In this document: positions 1-12,463 of the stretch, piece after piece
How positions within the stretch are numbered: the stretch's first letter is position 1
Layout: each line of letters begins with the position of its first letter
The notes under the pieces: generated by a model
The model's database searches: none
The model's input: only the letters and a program-made list of their open reading frames with translations
What the model was told of the DNA's origin: nothing
Assembly: GCF_004010195.1 (NCBI RefSeq)
Contig: NC_057749.1
Coordinates: 13,328,543-13,392,542, forward strand
Reading direction: 5' to 3'
Length of the DNA stretch: 64,000 nt
Origin: Chiloscyllium plagiosum
Taxonomy: Eukaryota
Translations under genes and position numbers: made by a program

Positions 1-192
1 TGTGGTGGAGGCTGGTACAATTGCAACATTTAAGAGGCATTTGGAAGGGTATATGAATAGGAAGGGTTTGGAGGGATATGGGCTGGGCGCTGGCAGGTGG
101 GACTAGATTGGGTTGGGATATCTGGTCAGCATGGACGGGTTGGACCAAAGGGTCTGTTTCCATGCTGTACACCTCTATGACTCTATGACTCT
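1..192 (+). mobile_element. CR1/HER1-type LINE 3' end with (CTATGACT)n tail
   Basis: TTTAAGAGGCATTTGGAAGGGTATATGAATAGG (RT C-terminus FKRHL-GYMNR), 3' UTR GGACCAAAGGGTCTGTTTCC and tail CTCTATGACTCTATGACTCT; close copies at 12650-12856 and 37525-37860. Confidence 0.9.
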
Positions 193-514
193 AAGTCAGC
201 ATGGATTGGGCTCCCTCAAAATCATCTTACAGAGAATTCTTGTCGATAGATTTGCTGACAATTTGATGCCTGCTTTCATGGGCAATACTACAAGTTCCCT
301 CTGCTCCACCTCTCTGCAGACCCGAACACCCTTCCAGTGAAAGAGAAAGCAAATGTGAAACCAAAAAGGAGATATTTATTGCTTCAGAATTAAGCTTCCA
401 TTACACCCTTCAGGTGTAAGCCCCTTGAATAAGAATGAGAATGAGTTTGTTGTAGGCTCTAGAAATTAAATACACCACACGCAACACCTAACCATCACGG
501 CAAAGAAGCTTTCT

Positions 515-905
515 TTGACGAAAATTTGCCCCTTAGGTCCCTTTTAAATTTTTCCCTTCGCAACTTAAAGCTATACCCTTTAGTTCTGGACTTCCCCATC
601 CCCTGGAGAAGACCTTGTCTATGTTCCCTATTCATGCCCCTCATGACTTTGTCGACCACTGTAAGGTCATCCCTCAGCCTCTGATGCTCCAGGGAACACA
701 GTGTTAGATGAGTTGGCATTGGAGTTAGCTTAACTTGGTTAAAATGTAGGAAAATTCATTAAATGTTTCAGCATCAAACAGGCTACAACATATGGAGCTG
801 GAAAAGACCATTCAGCCCTTTGAGTCTCTGCATCATTCAATTAGTTCATAAGTGATCTTCTACCTCAATGTCGTTATTCCATACTATCCCCATATCTCTT
901 GATAT
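515..905 (-). mobile_element. CR1 LINE fragments (RT C-terminal region and a 3' tail)
   Basis: Minus-strand ORF 495-719 has MRGMNRE...SRTKGYSFKLRREKFKRDLRGKF, a typical CR1 ORF2 C-terminus. Confidence 0.8.
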
Positions 906-1019
906 CTATAACTTCTATTGATGTTTTACTCAAAATATCATTACTTAGATCAAATCAAATACACATCAAATCTCTATCCCCGTGCTTCTCTTAGTTGCCT
1001 TGTTTAATCCTACTTTCAA

Positions 1020-1430
1020 CAGGAAGTTACATTTATGTAGCAACTTTGATGTAGTAAATCATTCCAAGACCATTCTCTAAAGGGTTGTCAGGTGAGGTTT
1101 GACTTCAAGCCACATGAGGAACTATTAAGATTGGTGACAAAACTCTTTGTCAAAGAGTTACGTTGTGTGGGGAATCTTAGAGGCGGAAAATGAACAGACA
1201 GATTTAGGGAAGGATTACTGGAGTTTAGGGCTCAGGAGGCTGAAGACATGGCCACCAATGCTGGAGCATTTATCCATAGGGATACTCAAGAGGACATCAT
1301 TGGAAGAATACAGAGATCTCGGAGTCTGTAAGGCTGAGGATTATAGAGATAATAAGGTATAGGACCATGGAGGCAGTTGAAACCAAGGTTGAGAATTTTA
1401 CAATTGGCAGCCTCTTGTGAATATTTCCAG
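1020..1430 (-). mobile_element. Old L2-like LINE 3' fragment
   Basis: Starts with TTACATTTATGTAGC-type tail followed by purine-rich decayed sequence; the same tail motif occurs at 34460 and 46045. Confidence 0.5.
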
Positions 1431-2569
1431 TGACTGACCACTTTGGTAACCAAATTGCAAAAATAAAACTTTATGATCTAACAGCTCAAGTTCCACTCTG
1501 GATTCTAACTTGTTCAATATATCATCTGGGATCATAACACAGAGAATGTTATCAGCCTTTTTGTAAAGATCTTTTTTTCTAATCTTTCCTTGCATATTTT
1601 TGCCTCTGCTACAACTAGGTCCCACAACTCATTTGCTGTCTGTCCTGCTGTCAAAGCTGTTATCAACAGCTTATTTCTTTCACAACTTATCATTATCCCT
1701 CTGTCCTTGCAAATGACTCCCCATCTCCAGCCTTCCTTTCCTCTCCCAGATTTAGAAAAGTGGCTTTAATTCCCAAATCTCTGCACATCTTTCTCAAAAG
1801 ATCTCCAATTCCAAGCTTCCCAACTTCACTAGTTCCTATTCTTAAATTAATCTTATTCCTGCTGAAGCCCTGAACCTCCATACATCTGACCAAGACCAGG
1901 ATGTGATCTTTTTGATAACATCTCTTCCCCACACTGTAACCTTTAGCTCAGGCAGCTCTGTGACTTTTTCTGATCTAGCATCAGGTGCCTCTCACCCATT
2001 ACTTTTACATTAATGGGTTTTTGACTGCTATAGGTTCCTAACTCCGAAAATATGAAAATTTCATCCTTGTGTTCTAATTCTTGCATGGAATTAATTCATT
2101 AGCACTCCTCGGCCAAGATTCTAATCAGCTCCTGGCTTAGGCATAATTTTGATTTTTCTCTGTTTATCTTCTGTTACAGGTGCTACAGAACATTTATGGA
2201 ACAGAGGATAGTGTCTGTAACTCTAGACCAGAAGCTCTGGGTTCATGTCCCACTCCATGACTTAATAATCCTTGTCAGGTGCATTTGTAACGTGGCCAAA
2301 CAGGTTGCGGTCAGTCTGTAAACCTTTCCAATAGCCAGATGGAAAACCATAAGAATGAGAAAGATTTTCCAAGTTCTTGGTCAGCCATCATGCAGATGGC
2401 AATGACAAACCAATGCAACACTTTGCTGTAAGTGTGAACATATCTAATGAAAGCCCAGAGCCCAACATTTAGAAACATGGATGGGGGGACAGGCAAACAA
2501 AGGCTCTATATGAATAGAAGGATTTTGATTTATTTATTGTTGTTGATTTGTTTCTGGTTATGGTAATAT

Positions 2570-2885
2570 CCTGGCTTCACTACTTAGGCAAAATGCAGTG
2601 CACCAACTCACCAAGACTCCTTTAATAGCACTTTACAAACATGCAACCGCTACCACCATGAACGACATGAGCTACAGATGATGGGAACCCCACTGCTTGT
2701 ATGTTCTCCTCCAAGCCACTCACCATCCTTACTCAGAGGTATATCACCATTCCTTCACTGTTACTGGATCAAAGCCCTGGAACTCCCTCTGGAACAGCTC
2801 TCTGGGTGTACTTAATTCTCAAACAAGATCAATGGTTCAGGAAGGCACCACCTTCTCAAGGACAATTAGGGATGGGCAATAAAGA
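2570..2885 (+). mobile_element. 3' end of a second CR1-group LINE family (GGCAATTAGGGATGGGCAATAAA tail)
   Basis: TCAAAGCCCTGGAACTCCCT...TTCAGGAAGGCACCACCTTCTCAAGGACAATTAGGGATGGGCAATAAA; homologous to 40590-41520, 52320-53670 and 62030-62345. Confidence 0.75.
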
Positions 2886-4436
2886 AAATACTCAATGTTC
2901 CTCAATAAAACTTCCTCTGTAACTTCATCCTCTCTCAGGTGCAACTCTCTAATTCTATCATTGAGCAGTTTCTTCTTGACGTTTCAATTTCCCATCAGAA
3001 ACAGATTCCTTGAAGGCTGAGGCTGTTCTAATGGAGGTTGAACGCAGTGCAGGGTAAGATGTTCAGTCATTATCCAGGTTCGGAGCTAGGCAGCTCTCCT
3101 TGGTGGCCTGGTCCATTATTTACCTTTTTCACCAGTGCCCAAAGTATAGATCACCTGCTCACTTATTTCATTGCTGCTGGTAGGCTCATGCTGTGTGCAA
3201 GTTGGTTGTCCTGTTTCCTACATCACAGCAGTCACTACACTTCAAAAGTACCCCATGAGTTGCAAAGCACTTTGAAATATCCTCAGCTTATCAAAGACAC
3301 TGCATAATGTCAATTGCTTCTTCCTTCTTTATTCTTGATGTCTAAGTTTAGTTGACTTTGCATAATGTTGAGACTTCTTAATACAAGATCTTTGAATGAT
3401 TGCAGTGTTGCTGTGCAGCATCTGGTGTGCACTGCCTGATACCTTTCGACAGGTTGCTTGCGTTGTTTCAGATATTAGGTGTGAAAATGCTCAGCAACGC
3501 AGAGCCATCTGTAGTGCTAATTTACACAGAGTTGGAACTCCAGTGAACAGGGTGACACCTAATAAGGAAATTAACTGAAGACACCAATTAGTAAGTGTTT
3601 TGTAAATTGAAGAAACTTCGAGCATTCAGAAGGCAGTGTCTCAACACATTGGACAATTAAACTATAGTCAACCATGAAGCGGGAAAATTTTAGAAATTAA
3701 ATAACATAAGAATTCTCAAATTGCAAACTATGTTGGGTGCAATTTCCAAGGAGCAGGAAAAGGTTAAGTTGGGAAGATAGAATATATAAACACTCAGGTC
3801 TTCCTGCCTTGTAACACTTGCAAGTAAGTGATTGTACTTTTTTATTTCTTTTATTTGTGTTTGGAAGGTTATGGAAGATGTGTGGATGTGTGTGGATGGG
3901 GAGAGGTGGTAATGGAATGAATGTGAAGCCTTGTGTGACGGTCCAGATACTGTAATGGAATTGGGAGTATCAACATAAAATGAGAAACAGGCCAGTCCAG
4001 TGAATTCAGGAGACAACTTTCCCACAGAAGGATATAGCACAAATCTGGACCTCTTTCCTCCAAATGGCTATGGCTGTTAAGTCCAATGAGAGGTTCAAGT
4101 TCAGTTGTTCATTAATAAAGGTATCACAGATTCTAGATGTAAATGACAAGATGGATAATGACGTTGAGATACAAATTGGCCATGATCTAAATTTGAAATG
4201 TGTACAAATGGCTGAGGGACCTCATCCTCGTCCCATGTTTCTAGTGAAGATGCTGTTTCTCCCTGTTCCTTTGCCAGAAATTTGATCATGTTTTGTCTCC
4301 TTAACAAGCTTAAAACTAAGAGTCCAGTATATCATGTGGCATGCATACAATGCTGGACCATAAGTAAACACTGCAAGCACTCATGGCACTTGCCTTAAAA
4401 TTACTAAACAGCTCAATTGAATTATCACATTATAAA

Positions 4437-4618
4437 CAGAAAGTGCTGGAGATCCCAGTGGGTTGGGCAGCATCCAGGGACAGAATTCCTGATGAAGGGC
4501 TTATGTCTGAAACGTCGGTTCTCCTGCTCCTCAGATGCTGCCTGATCTGTTGTGTCTTTCCAGCACCACACTCTCAACTCTGATCTCCAACATCTGCAAT
4601 CCTCACTTTCTCCTCCTG
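4437..4618 (+). mobile_element. Short Penelope-derived insert with hammerhead core and 14-bp TSD
   Basis: TATCACATTATAAA is duplicated at 4423-4436 and 4619-4632; the insert contains CTGATGAAGGGCTTATGTCTGAAACGTC. Confidence 0.8.
4482..4522 (+). ncRNA. Minimal type I hammerhead ribozyme motif
   Basis: CUGAUGA at 4489-4495, stem II GGGC-UUAU-GUCU, GAAAC-GUC at 4509-4516, and bulged stem I AGAAUUC/GGUUCU. Confidence 0.65.
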
Positions 4619-4691
4619 TATCACATTATAAAGTGTTTCTGAACTAGGACACTTCGCTTGGTTTAAAGTTCAAATCAGCCATTTTCTAACA

Positions 4692-4865
4692 CAGAGGTTT
4701 CCAAACATTTTCCCACGCAGACCCCAATTTGAGGCTGGGAGAGTAAGGAGCTTGTTAAAGTGAGAGCATAGCTGTTACAACTTACTCAGAGTGCCACAGT
4801 GATCATCATTACCTCAGAGCTCATGACCCCATTTAGGGTCCTGATCCCCAATTTGGGAAGCCCTG
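4692..4865. mobile_element. hAT (Charlie-like) MITE
   Basis: Imperfect terminal inverted repeats (TIRs) CAGAGGTTTCCAAA / TTTGGGAAGCCCTG; 8-bp flanks TTCTAACA vs TCCTAACT (6/8). Confidence 0.65.
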
Positions 4866-5569
4866 TCCTAACTGATCAATGGTCAAGGGGTGAATTGGTC
4901 TCCTGTTTAACAAAGGCTTCACATTTGTTGCAAGATCCTATTGTGAAATTGATCACCAAGAGTTTGACCAGATAAACTTGCTCAACACCTCATGATGCTA
5001 AGTGTTACATTAGGTGAGATAGAAGAAGGGACAGAAACAATTGCATGAAGAAATCTCAATTTGTTCTCTGCCAGGGAAGATTGAGAACTATTAATTCAAG
5101 AAACTGTGAATTTACAGACCTTTACTCACTGATATTCCAATGTCCCATCAACTCTCCCCTGATATTCACTGGGATTTTCTGTACGCTAAGCATTTTAGCA
5201 GCAGCAGTTAAGAATCTGAAGGCTCTTGAGATTATTCCTTGTCTAGTGTGCTACACAATTTAAGTGACTTCACACCTGACTTGCAGGATTTGGCTTTGTC
5301 CTTTAGTATTGACACAGTCAAAATAGCAGTGAGTTCTTTGGTGACTGACAAATTGTCCACAAAATGAACAATGGATGTCAGGTCCACCAGTTTGGAGAAC
5401 TGGATTCTTCAGTGAAAATTCTTCATTTGCATTTTACATTCAGTTCAGAAACTCGGTGAGTGTTGTAGTAAGCAATTCCTTCATGGATGTGATTTCTTTC
5501 AGCTTGCTGTACTCTGAATTAATGTGAGTTATCACTACAGTGAGTCAAATTCATTTTTTAAAATTAATT

Positions 5570-5880
5570 CATACACAGGATGTGGACATGACAGGCAGTA
5601 GGATCAGCATTTATTGCCCAGAGGGCAGTTAAGAATCAACCACATTCTTGTGGAGTAGGAGTCCCATGTAGACCAAATCACATAGTCCTTCCCTAAAGGG
5701 CATTAGAGAACCAAAAAGTCTTTTACGGGCAACAATCTACAGTGGGCTGCACAATCACCAATTCTAATTCCAGATTCTTTTAGGAATGGTGGGATTCAAA
5801 CCCACATCTCCCAGTACTTTAGCATGCAGCTCTGGATTACTAGGCCCACTGAAATTTCCACTACGCCAGTGCATCTCCCA
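5570..5880 (-). mobile_element. tRNA-derived SINE sharing the second LINE family's tail (other copies about 8885-9215 +, 10350-10700, 16315-16670, 26965-27330, 32970-33290, 36230-36560)
   Basis: GCATTTATTGCCC...GGCAGTTAAGAATCAACCACATT...CCTTCCCTAAAGGGCATTAG...GGGATTCAAACCC (reverse B-box); recurs at least seven times. Confidence 0.75.
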
Positions 5881-5939
5881 TTGTGCTTGCGGTTAAGTTG
5901 AAGTTGTCAACCATTTGTCTTGACAGAATAGTAGAGTAA

Positions 5940-6280
5940 TAAGACTATAAGACAGTAAGATATAGGAGTAAAATTAGGTCATTTGCCCCATTGAGTCTGC
6001 TCCACCATTTGATCATGGCTGATATGTTTCTCACCCCATTCTTCTGCCTTCTCACTGTAGCCTTTGACCCCATTACTAATCAGGAACATATCTATCTCTG
6101 TCTTAAATACATTCAATGACTTGGCTTTCACCGCCCTCAGTGGCAATGAGTTACACAGATTCACCACACTCTTTCTGAAGAAATTCCTCTTCATCTCAGT
6201 GCTAAAGGTTCATTCCTTCACTCTGAGGCTGTGCCCTCAGATCCCAGTCTCTCCTACTAGTGGAAACATCTTCTCCACAT
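5940..6280 (-). mobile_element. CR1 LINE 3' fragment
   Basis: ORF 5979-6194 MKRNFFRKSVVNLCNSLPLRAVKAKSLNVFKTEIDMFL; TAAGA-like tail. Confidence 0.9.
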
Positions 6281-6734
6281 TGAATATCAAGGGGGAAATG
6301 TTTAGATTCTCTCACAATGGAATGTTCTCTCATTGCCTGACACTTGTTACTTTTACAAGTCTTTTGTAAGTATCTAAGGAAAATGCCAATGGGGAAAGAG
6401 AGAATCTAAGTGATATTGCCTTGTGATAAATGCCTACAATGCACCTTAGGGAGTTAAGTAAGCACACACACATGTTCTTATGTAACCATTATTGGCAAAT
6501 GCCAAAATGAAAAGTCCTACAGAGGAACAGATGATACCTTCACTCTTCTGAACCAGGTCTGATGCCAAACAAATTATTTGGTTCTGTATTTCTAGAAACA
6601 TCCAGAGAACCACGTTCCTCTGGTGGATCTATCGGGTGCATAATAAATTTAACTGGGATGCCTGTGCACAGGAAATAGCCGTACAGGCACAATGAGCAAA
6701 CTACAGTAAGTAGTCACTGACAACAGATGAAGCA

Positions 6735-8450
6735 TTCGTATATTTCCACTTCCAACGCGGGTAACCGAATTGAGCATTAATGAAACAGGTTTAGATGATT
6801 TAATTCTTTACGTGGATTAATACCGCCGAGATAACGGGGATACTTTGCCCCCCCCCCCCCCCCATACAAAACGGACGAAATCTTATAATCTGCCGTCCTT
6901 CCAGCGTGTATTGATTAAAAATAAACCCTTGCAACAGCCCATATACAGAGGCATATAAATACGCTCAGACCGATTCCACTTTAATTAGAAGACGAGGATT
7001 TAATCATCGCCAACAAAACGAGCGTGAAGAACATCGTCGCTTCTATAATAGGAGCTGTCTCAGGTTTCTGAGCACGTTCCTGCACGGCGGAGAGCTTTCC
7101 TGGAAATTGGCGGATTCAGCACGCTGGACAGCTCCCGTGTTAATTGCCCAGTGTCTTTCCCCCGCTGAGAGGAAACCTCTCTCTCCGTTTGGTTGCGGTG
7201 GGGGTTGGGAGCAGAGGTGGTTTGTGTGTATGTGTGCATTATTGTCAAGTATTTACCCCCCCCACACACACACATACACACACACACTGTTATCTAGTGC
7301 GTGCATGTGCCTGTGTGTGTGTGTGTGTAGCTGTTAAAACCTGCGCATGGTTTTGTTTGGGTCTTTTCAGCCGATCGTTCCAAACACTCCGCTGGTGATG
7401 ACGCTAGCATTTTTATTCCGCTCCTTGTTCCTGAGCAAGAGCAGCTTTAGTCTGGGTAGAAGCCAAATCCACTAAAGGAGAGAGAGAGAGAGCGTGAGAC
7501 AAGAAGACTTCCATGAAACAACCTGAACCCCGTGCGAGATCAGCGAGAAAGCCCCAGCACTCCCCCCTCTCTCCGTGAGGAGACACGCTCGCTGGCTTTC
7601 CAGGACGTGACTTGCAGAAGGTAACGATGCAATTTCTAACGATCCATCCTTTTACACGTAGAGAGACAGAGGAGGAGGGGGGGGGGGGTGGATTAAATAG
7701 ATAACAGCCTATTTCTCGAGTCGCTTGTGAAAAAAAAATGCAGTGTTCCAAATGTACATTATATAACTCCTTACTTCTGAGTCAATGCAAGTAACCGCGA
7801 GGGAAGGGTTGAAGAGGACTGGGAGAACAGTCGTGTTTGCATTTTCAAACGGGAAGATGAAGTGCAGCGCCTCACGACCCGTGTTTAAATGTTTATGTAT
7901 TGTGCAGGTGTCTACATGTGTGTGTTTATCAAGAACAGGGAAAACCATCCAGGCCTCGAAACTTACAAAGCACCCAGAGACACAATAAGGATTTCAATGT
8001 ACCAACAATATTTACATGTTTTTTAAGTGGCCAGGGCAGCGGTTGCTGAGGCGCTGTTACCAGGCGGTAGAAAGCGGGAGCCATGAAATTTCTGAAAACT
8101 GGTTGAGATTACAGGCGTGACTCGACCTCGAGGGAGCAGTGCAATCTTTAAACAGGAATTCATAAATATTCAGGGGAAATCCGTGTGAGGAAACGGTTTC
8201 TATTTTGCTCGTAGATATATTTATTTGAGGTGAACGGGGTGGGGGGGGGGCGGCACTCAGGATGAATTCCTTTTGATGATTACCCCGTTTTAACTTAGTG
8301 GGGCCTACTGTACATCTTTTAGAAAAACCAATTCGACATCAATAATCCCATATTCATCAACACGGTCAGGAATAATCTCTTCCGGAATGTCAGCGAAGGC
8401 TGTGCCCGGTTATAATGTGGGAGGGGAACTCTCTCCAAAGTGGTCAAAAG
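6735..8450. promoter_or_regulatory. CpG-rich island / putative promoter
   Basis: Free of interspersed repeats, with visibly many more CpGs than the flanks; TATA-like CATATAAATA at about 6952, STAT-type TTCCTGGAA at about 7097, TGACG half-site at about 7399, CA/GT/GA microsatellites. Confidence 0.65.
7060..7620 (+). other. Putative non-coding first exon of an unidentified gene (start uncertain)
   Basis: Lies in the CpG island and ends at AAG|GTAACG (7620/7621); contains short ORF 7513-7578. Confidence 0.4.
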
Positions 8451-8509
8451 CAACCAAAGTGGTCAAAAGAAATGACTAAATTGCGTTGTGTAGGTACAGA
8501 GTGACCGTC

Positions 8510-8865
8510 TGGTTAGAAACATAGAAAATGGGTGCAACAAAGGGCCTTCGACCCTTCATTCAATATGATCATGCAATTTCAGTATCCCACCCCTGCTTTC
8601 TCCCCACACCCCTTGAAACCTTTACCTGCAAGGGCCGTGTTCCAGCTCCCTCTTGAATATAACTAACCAACTTGTCCCATAGCTTCCAGTGGGAGAGGGT
8701 TCCACAGGTTCACAACTCTCCCAGTGAAGAACTTCTTCCTCACCTCAGTCCTGAATGGCTTATCCCTTATTCTTAGACTGTGACCCCTGGTTCTGGACTT
8801 CCCCAACATTGGGAACAGTCTTCACATATCTCACCTGTCCTGTTCCATCAGGATTTTATATATTT
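8510..8865 (-). mobile_element. CR1 LINE 3' fragment
   Basis: TTCCACAGGTTCACAACTCTC...GAAGAACTTCTTCCTCACCTC...CTGGTTCTGGACTTCCCC; TAGAAACATAGAAA tail. Confidence 0.85.
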
Positions 8866-10229
8866 AATAGTACACTGTACATATGCGGTAATCTAATACT
8901 TGCTGTTTTAGGGACAAGGTTTTGAACCCTATCAGGGCAGATGGTGAAATTCAAATTCAATTTTTAAAAATTGAGTTAAAAGACTCATTGTAGCCATTAT
9001 CGATCATCATGTATACCCATCTGTTCACTAGTTCCTTTCAGGGAAGGATATCTGCCCTCTTTACCTGGTCTGACCTACATGTCAGTCTAGACCTATTGCA
9101 AAGTGGTTGACTCTTAAGCACCCTTTGACATAGTCCCAGGTTCACACAATGATCATAGGCAACCAGGAATAAGCAACGATTTCAGGACCAACCAGTGACA
9201 CCCACCTCCCATGAACAAACAATAATAAGTTGGATGCTGGTAAAGTTTGACATTATTTAACATTAACTGTTATGTACTAGGTCAGACTCTTTCTCCAACC
9301 CACCTTCCCTTGTTCCTCTCTCTCACTCCTTCCCCTCCTTATTTCTGTTCGCATTTGTCTCTTCCCCGCTCTCTACCGCTCCCTTTCTCTTTGGCTATTT
9401 CCACGATTTCACTGCTTAGATAATTTCAGGCAAAGCAATGGTTTTACCCTAATAAACAACATTAATTAATTAATTAATGGCAGTAGCAAGTAATATAGTG
9501 ACTGGTTAAATGTCTGTGGGCACAGGATGATTAGTGTCTGAGAGCAGTTCGCTGTTCCACAGACACTTTTATATGTGTAGTTTACTGATTTACACGCAGT
9601 TACATGGTAATGAAAATGTTGTACATTCTTTCCATTCCTCACCTCCTTTGCCCTTCACTTGGTGGTCATGCCTTCAGTTACCTGGGCTCCAGGCATGAAA
9701 TTCCCTCTCTAACTGTCTCCAAACCCTCACACTTTTAAGATTTTACTCAAAACCATTTGTCATAGCATCTTTTTCATTGACACCCTCAGTTGTGGCCTGA
9801 CTACATTTTGGTAAATACCTCAGAATTCATTGGTACATCAAAGGTGTTATCTGAATGTAAGTAATTGGAGTTGGTTGGCAGCAACATATGAAACTGCCTG
9901 ATTGTGCACACACAGGAGTAGTGTTCATTTGAAGTTTCCTGCAATTCCCCTTCAACATCCACCTGAAATCCTGCTGCCATGCTATTCCCTTTCTCCTCAG
10001 TTGAAGATTGAATCTGGGCAATAGCAGTGCATCAGCACACAACAGAGGCAGTCTAGATCATAGGCTCTGGAGTGGGATTCAAATCTATAACCTGTTGTTT
10101 AACAAACACTGGTGTCATCATTAAATAAAGTGATCCGATCTTTGCACCCACTGCTAAGCCCATTTTTTTTAAATGCACTTTAGTGGCATGTTACCCACTC
10201 CTAATTCCAATTTAAATAATTATTATGTT

Positions 10230-10345
10230 TGATTTCTGTCATTGATATTGGTGCCTTGAGATAGGGCAACTTATAAAACTTTTCACTGTATTTTTAATGT
10301 AAAAGTACGCATGATAATAAATGTCTATTCTATTCTATTTCTGTT
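10230..10345 (+). mobile_element. Rex1/Babar-like 3' tail fragment
   Basis: CTTTTCACTGTA...CATGATAATAAA followed by (CTATT)n, matching the tail at 38400-38446. Confidence 0.6.
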
Positions 10346-10839
10346 CTGTTGAGCCAAGAAGTTTGTTAGGCCATTTTAGAGGGTAGTTAAGAATCAATTT
10401 TTAGGTTTAGATTTAGATTTTATTGTTACATGTACTGCTATGGGTTTGTAGTCACATGCAGCCCAGTCTGCATAAGAATGGCAGATTTCCTTTACACAAG
10501 GGCATTAATGTATCAAATGGGTTTGTGAACAACAATCAACTATAGTCTCCATGGTTACCATCACTCAGACTAGCTTCCAATTCCCAACCTTTATTCATTT
10601 GAAGTTTACCATCAGCAGGTGTGGACCCAAAGCATTAGCCTGGGCTATATAGATTATTAACCCAGTGATATTACCAATACACCACATACTGCCCAACCCC
10701 AGCTGCTGTCACATGGTTGGATGTGGAGTTGTACCTGTTGGTTTTCATTTACTCACAGTTGGATAAATATGGCACTTCAATTTCCGATTTTCTCCTGAAC
10801 ACAATACTGGGCAGTACAGTCAGGTGGTAACAAACTGCT

Positions 10840-10930
10840 ATCGAGAGTGTGGTGCTCGAAAAGCACAGCAGGTCAGGCAGCATCCGAAGAGCAGGAGAAT
10901 CGACGTTTCAGGCATAAGCCGAACATCAGG
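10840..10930 (-). mobile_element. Penelope-derived terminal fragment with mutated hammerhead core
   Basis: Minus strand reads CCTGATGTTCGGCTTATGCCTGAAACGTCGATTCTCCTGCTC. Confidence 0.75.
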
Positions 10931-11380
10931 CATATGCCCTTTGTCAGCCCCTCAACAACAAACTGCTGTAAACCTCAGTCATCAGAAAGTTATTCACTGG
11001 TACCTTCCCTTTGTCATTTATGTAGCTTCTTCCACTGTGTGAATCTAAATAACTGACAGGCTATCTGTTTTGAATTTCTGCTCAAAAAAATTACAATGCA
11101 ATTTGCAGATTCTGTTAAAACCCTGCATAACTAAATAAGGATATTTTCTTAATCTGTCATGATATATAAGGGGCCTTATTTACGTCAGTGCAAAATCCTT
11201 GTTTAAAACCTCATGACAAGACGAAGTTTCACTTGTTCAATCATTCAAAGGTAACCGGTCAGTATGTGCTATGATTAGCAATGAGGCTTATTTTTTTGAG
11301 ATTCAGAGTTGTTTAAGAAATGCAGTACAGCTGTCAGATAATAATTTAATGCAGTCAATTATCATTTTTGATTTCACTGC

Positions 11381-11394
11381 ACATCAGGGGGCAG
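11381..11394 (+). promoter_or_regulatory. CTCF-like motif
   Basis: ACATCAGGGGGCAG matches 12 of 14 positions of CCASYAGRKGGCRS. Confidence 0.4.
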
Positions 11395-12463
11395 TGAAAT
11401 TATCATCACTGTGCAATAAATAAAAGGCATTTTGCAGATAGGTTGAACACGCATGCTGGAAAGGAACTGCACAAAGAATGCAAAATCCAAAAAAGGTTTT
11501 TCCACTGTATCATCTAACTCCTTTTTTTAAACTAAACATTAATTTAGGATATATTTTATGACTACAAACTTCTGTTGCTTTGTCCACTGGAGGATAGATA
11601 GACACGAGGTAGAAAGGGATACAGGGATATGCCAATAGGTTTAAGTTAAAGGGGAAGGCAGCAACAGTGCCAGCATAAGCCTTTGGGCTGAATGGCCTGT
11701 CCTTATGCTGAGGGCTCTTTGTCATGTTGGAAAATTGATCTGTACTTAACAATGAAATTGGTGGAAAAGTCCAAGTCACCAGAATTATGACAGTATCGAA
11801 AAAAACTGTTTCACCCATTGTGTCTGCACCCGCTCTCAAATGAACGTTTCATTTAGTGTCATTCTCTGACCTTTCTCCTGTAACCCTTGAACATTGTTCA
11901 TTTTCAGTTAAGAGTCCAATTCCCTTTTGAAAGCATCGGTTGAACCTGCCTCTATTCGGCCTAACTCATCCATGCCAACCAGGTTTCCTAAACTGAACTA
12001 ATACCATTTGCCTGTATTTGGCCCATAACTCTCCAAACCTTTCCTATCCATTTACTTATCCAAATGATTTTTAGATGTTGTAATTGTACTCGCCTTTACC
12101 ATTTCCTCTGGCAGCTTATTCCATATACACTATCCTGTGTTTGAAAAAGATGCCCCTCAGGTCCCTTTTAAACCTTTCCCCTCTCACTCTAAACATATGC
12201 CGTCTGGTTTTGGACCCCTCTACCCTGGGGAAAAGACCTTGGCTATTGACTTTATCTATGCCCTCATGATTATATAAACCTCTATAAGGCCACCCCTCAG
12301 CCTCCCACACTCCAGGGAAAACAGTCCCAGCCTAACCAACCTCTCCTTATAACTCAAACCCTCCAGTCTCGGTAACATCCATGTAAATCTTTTTTGCAGT
12401 TTAATAACATTCTTCCTGTAGCAGGACAAGCACAATTGTACACAGTACTCTAGATGTGGCCTT

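Noticed and set aside
7513..7620. Selenoprotein exon via TGA read-through
   Set aside because: No recognisable selenoprotein similarity or redox motif, no SECIS can be assessed, and the in-frame donor has a one-in-three chance
8101..8122. Alu-like GATTACAGGCGTGA
   Set aside because: A 14-nt match with no flanking Alu similarity, in a non-primate context
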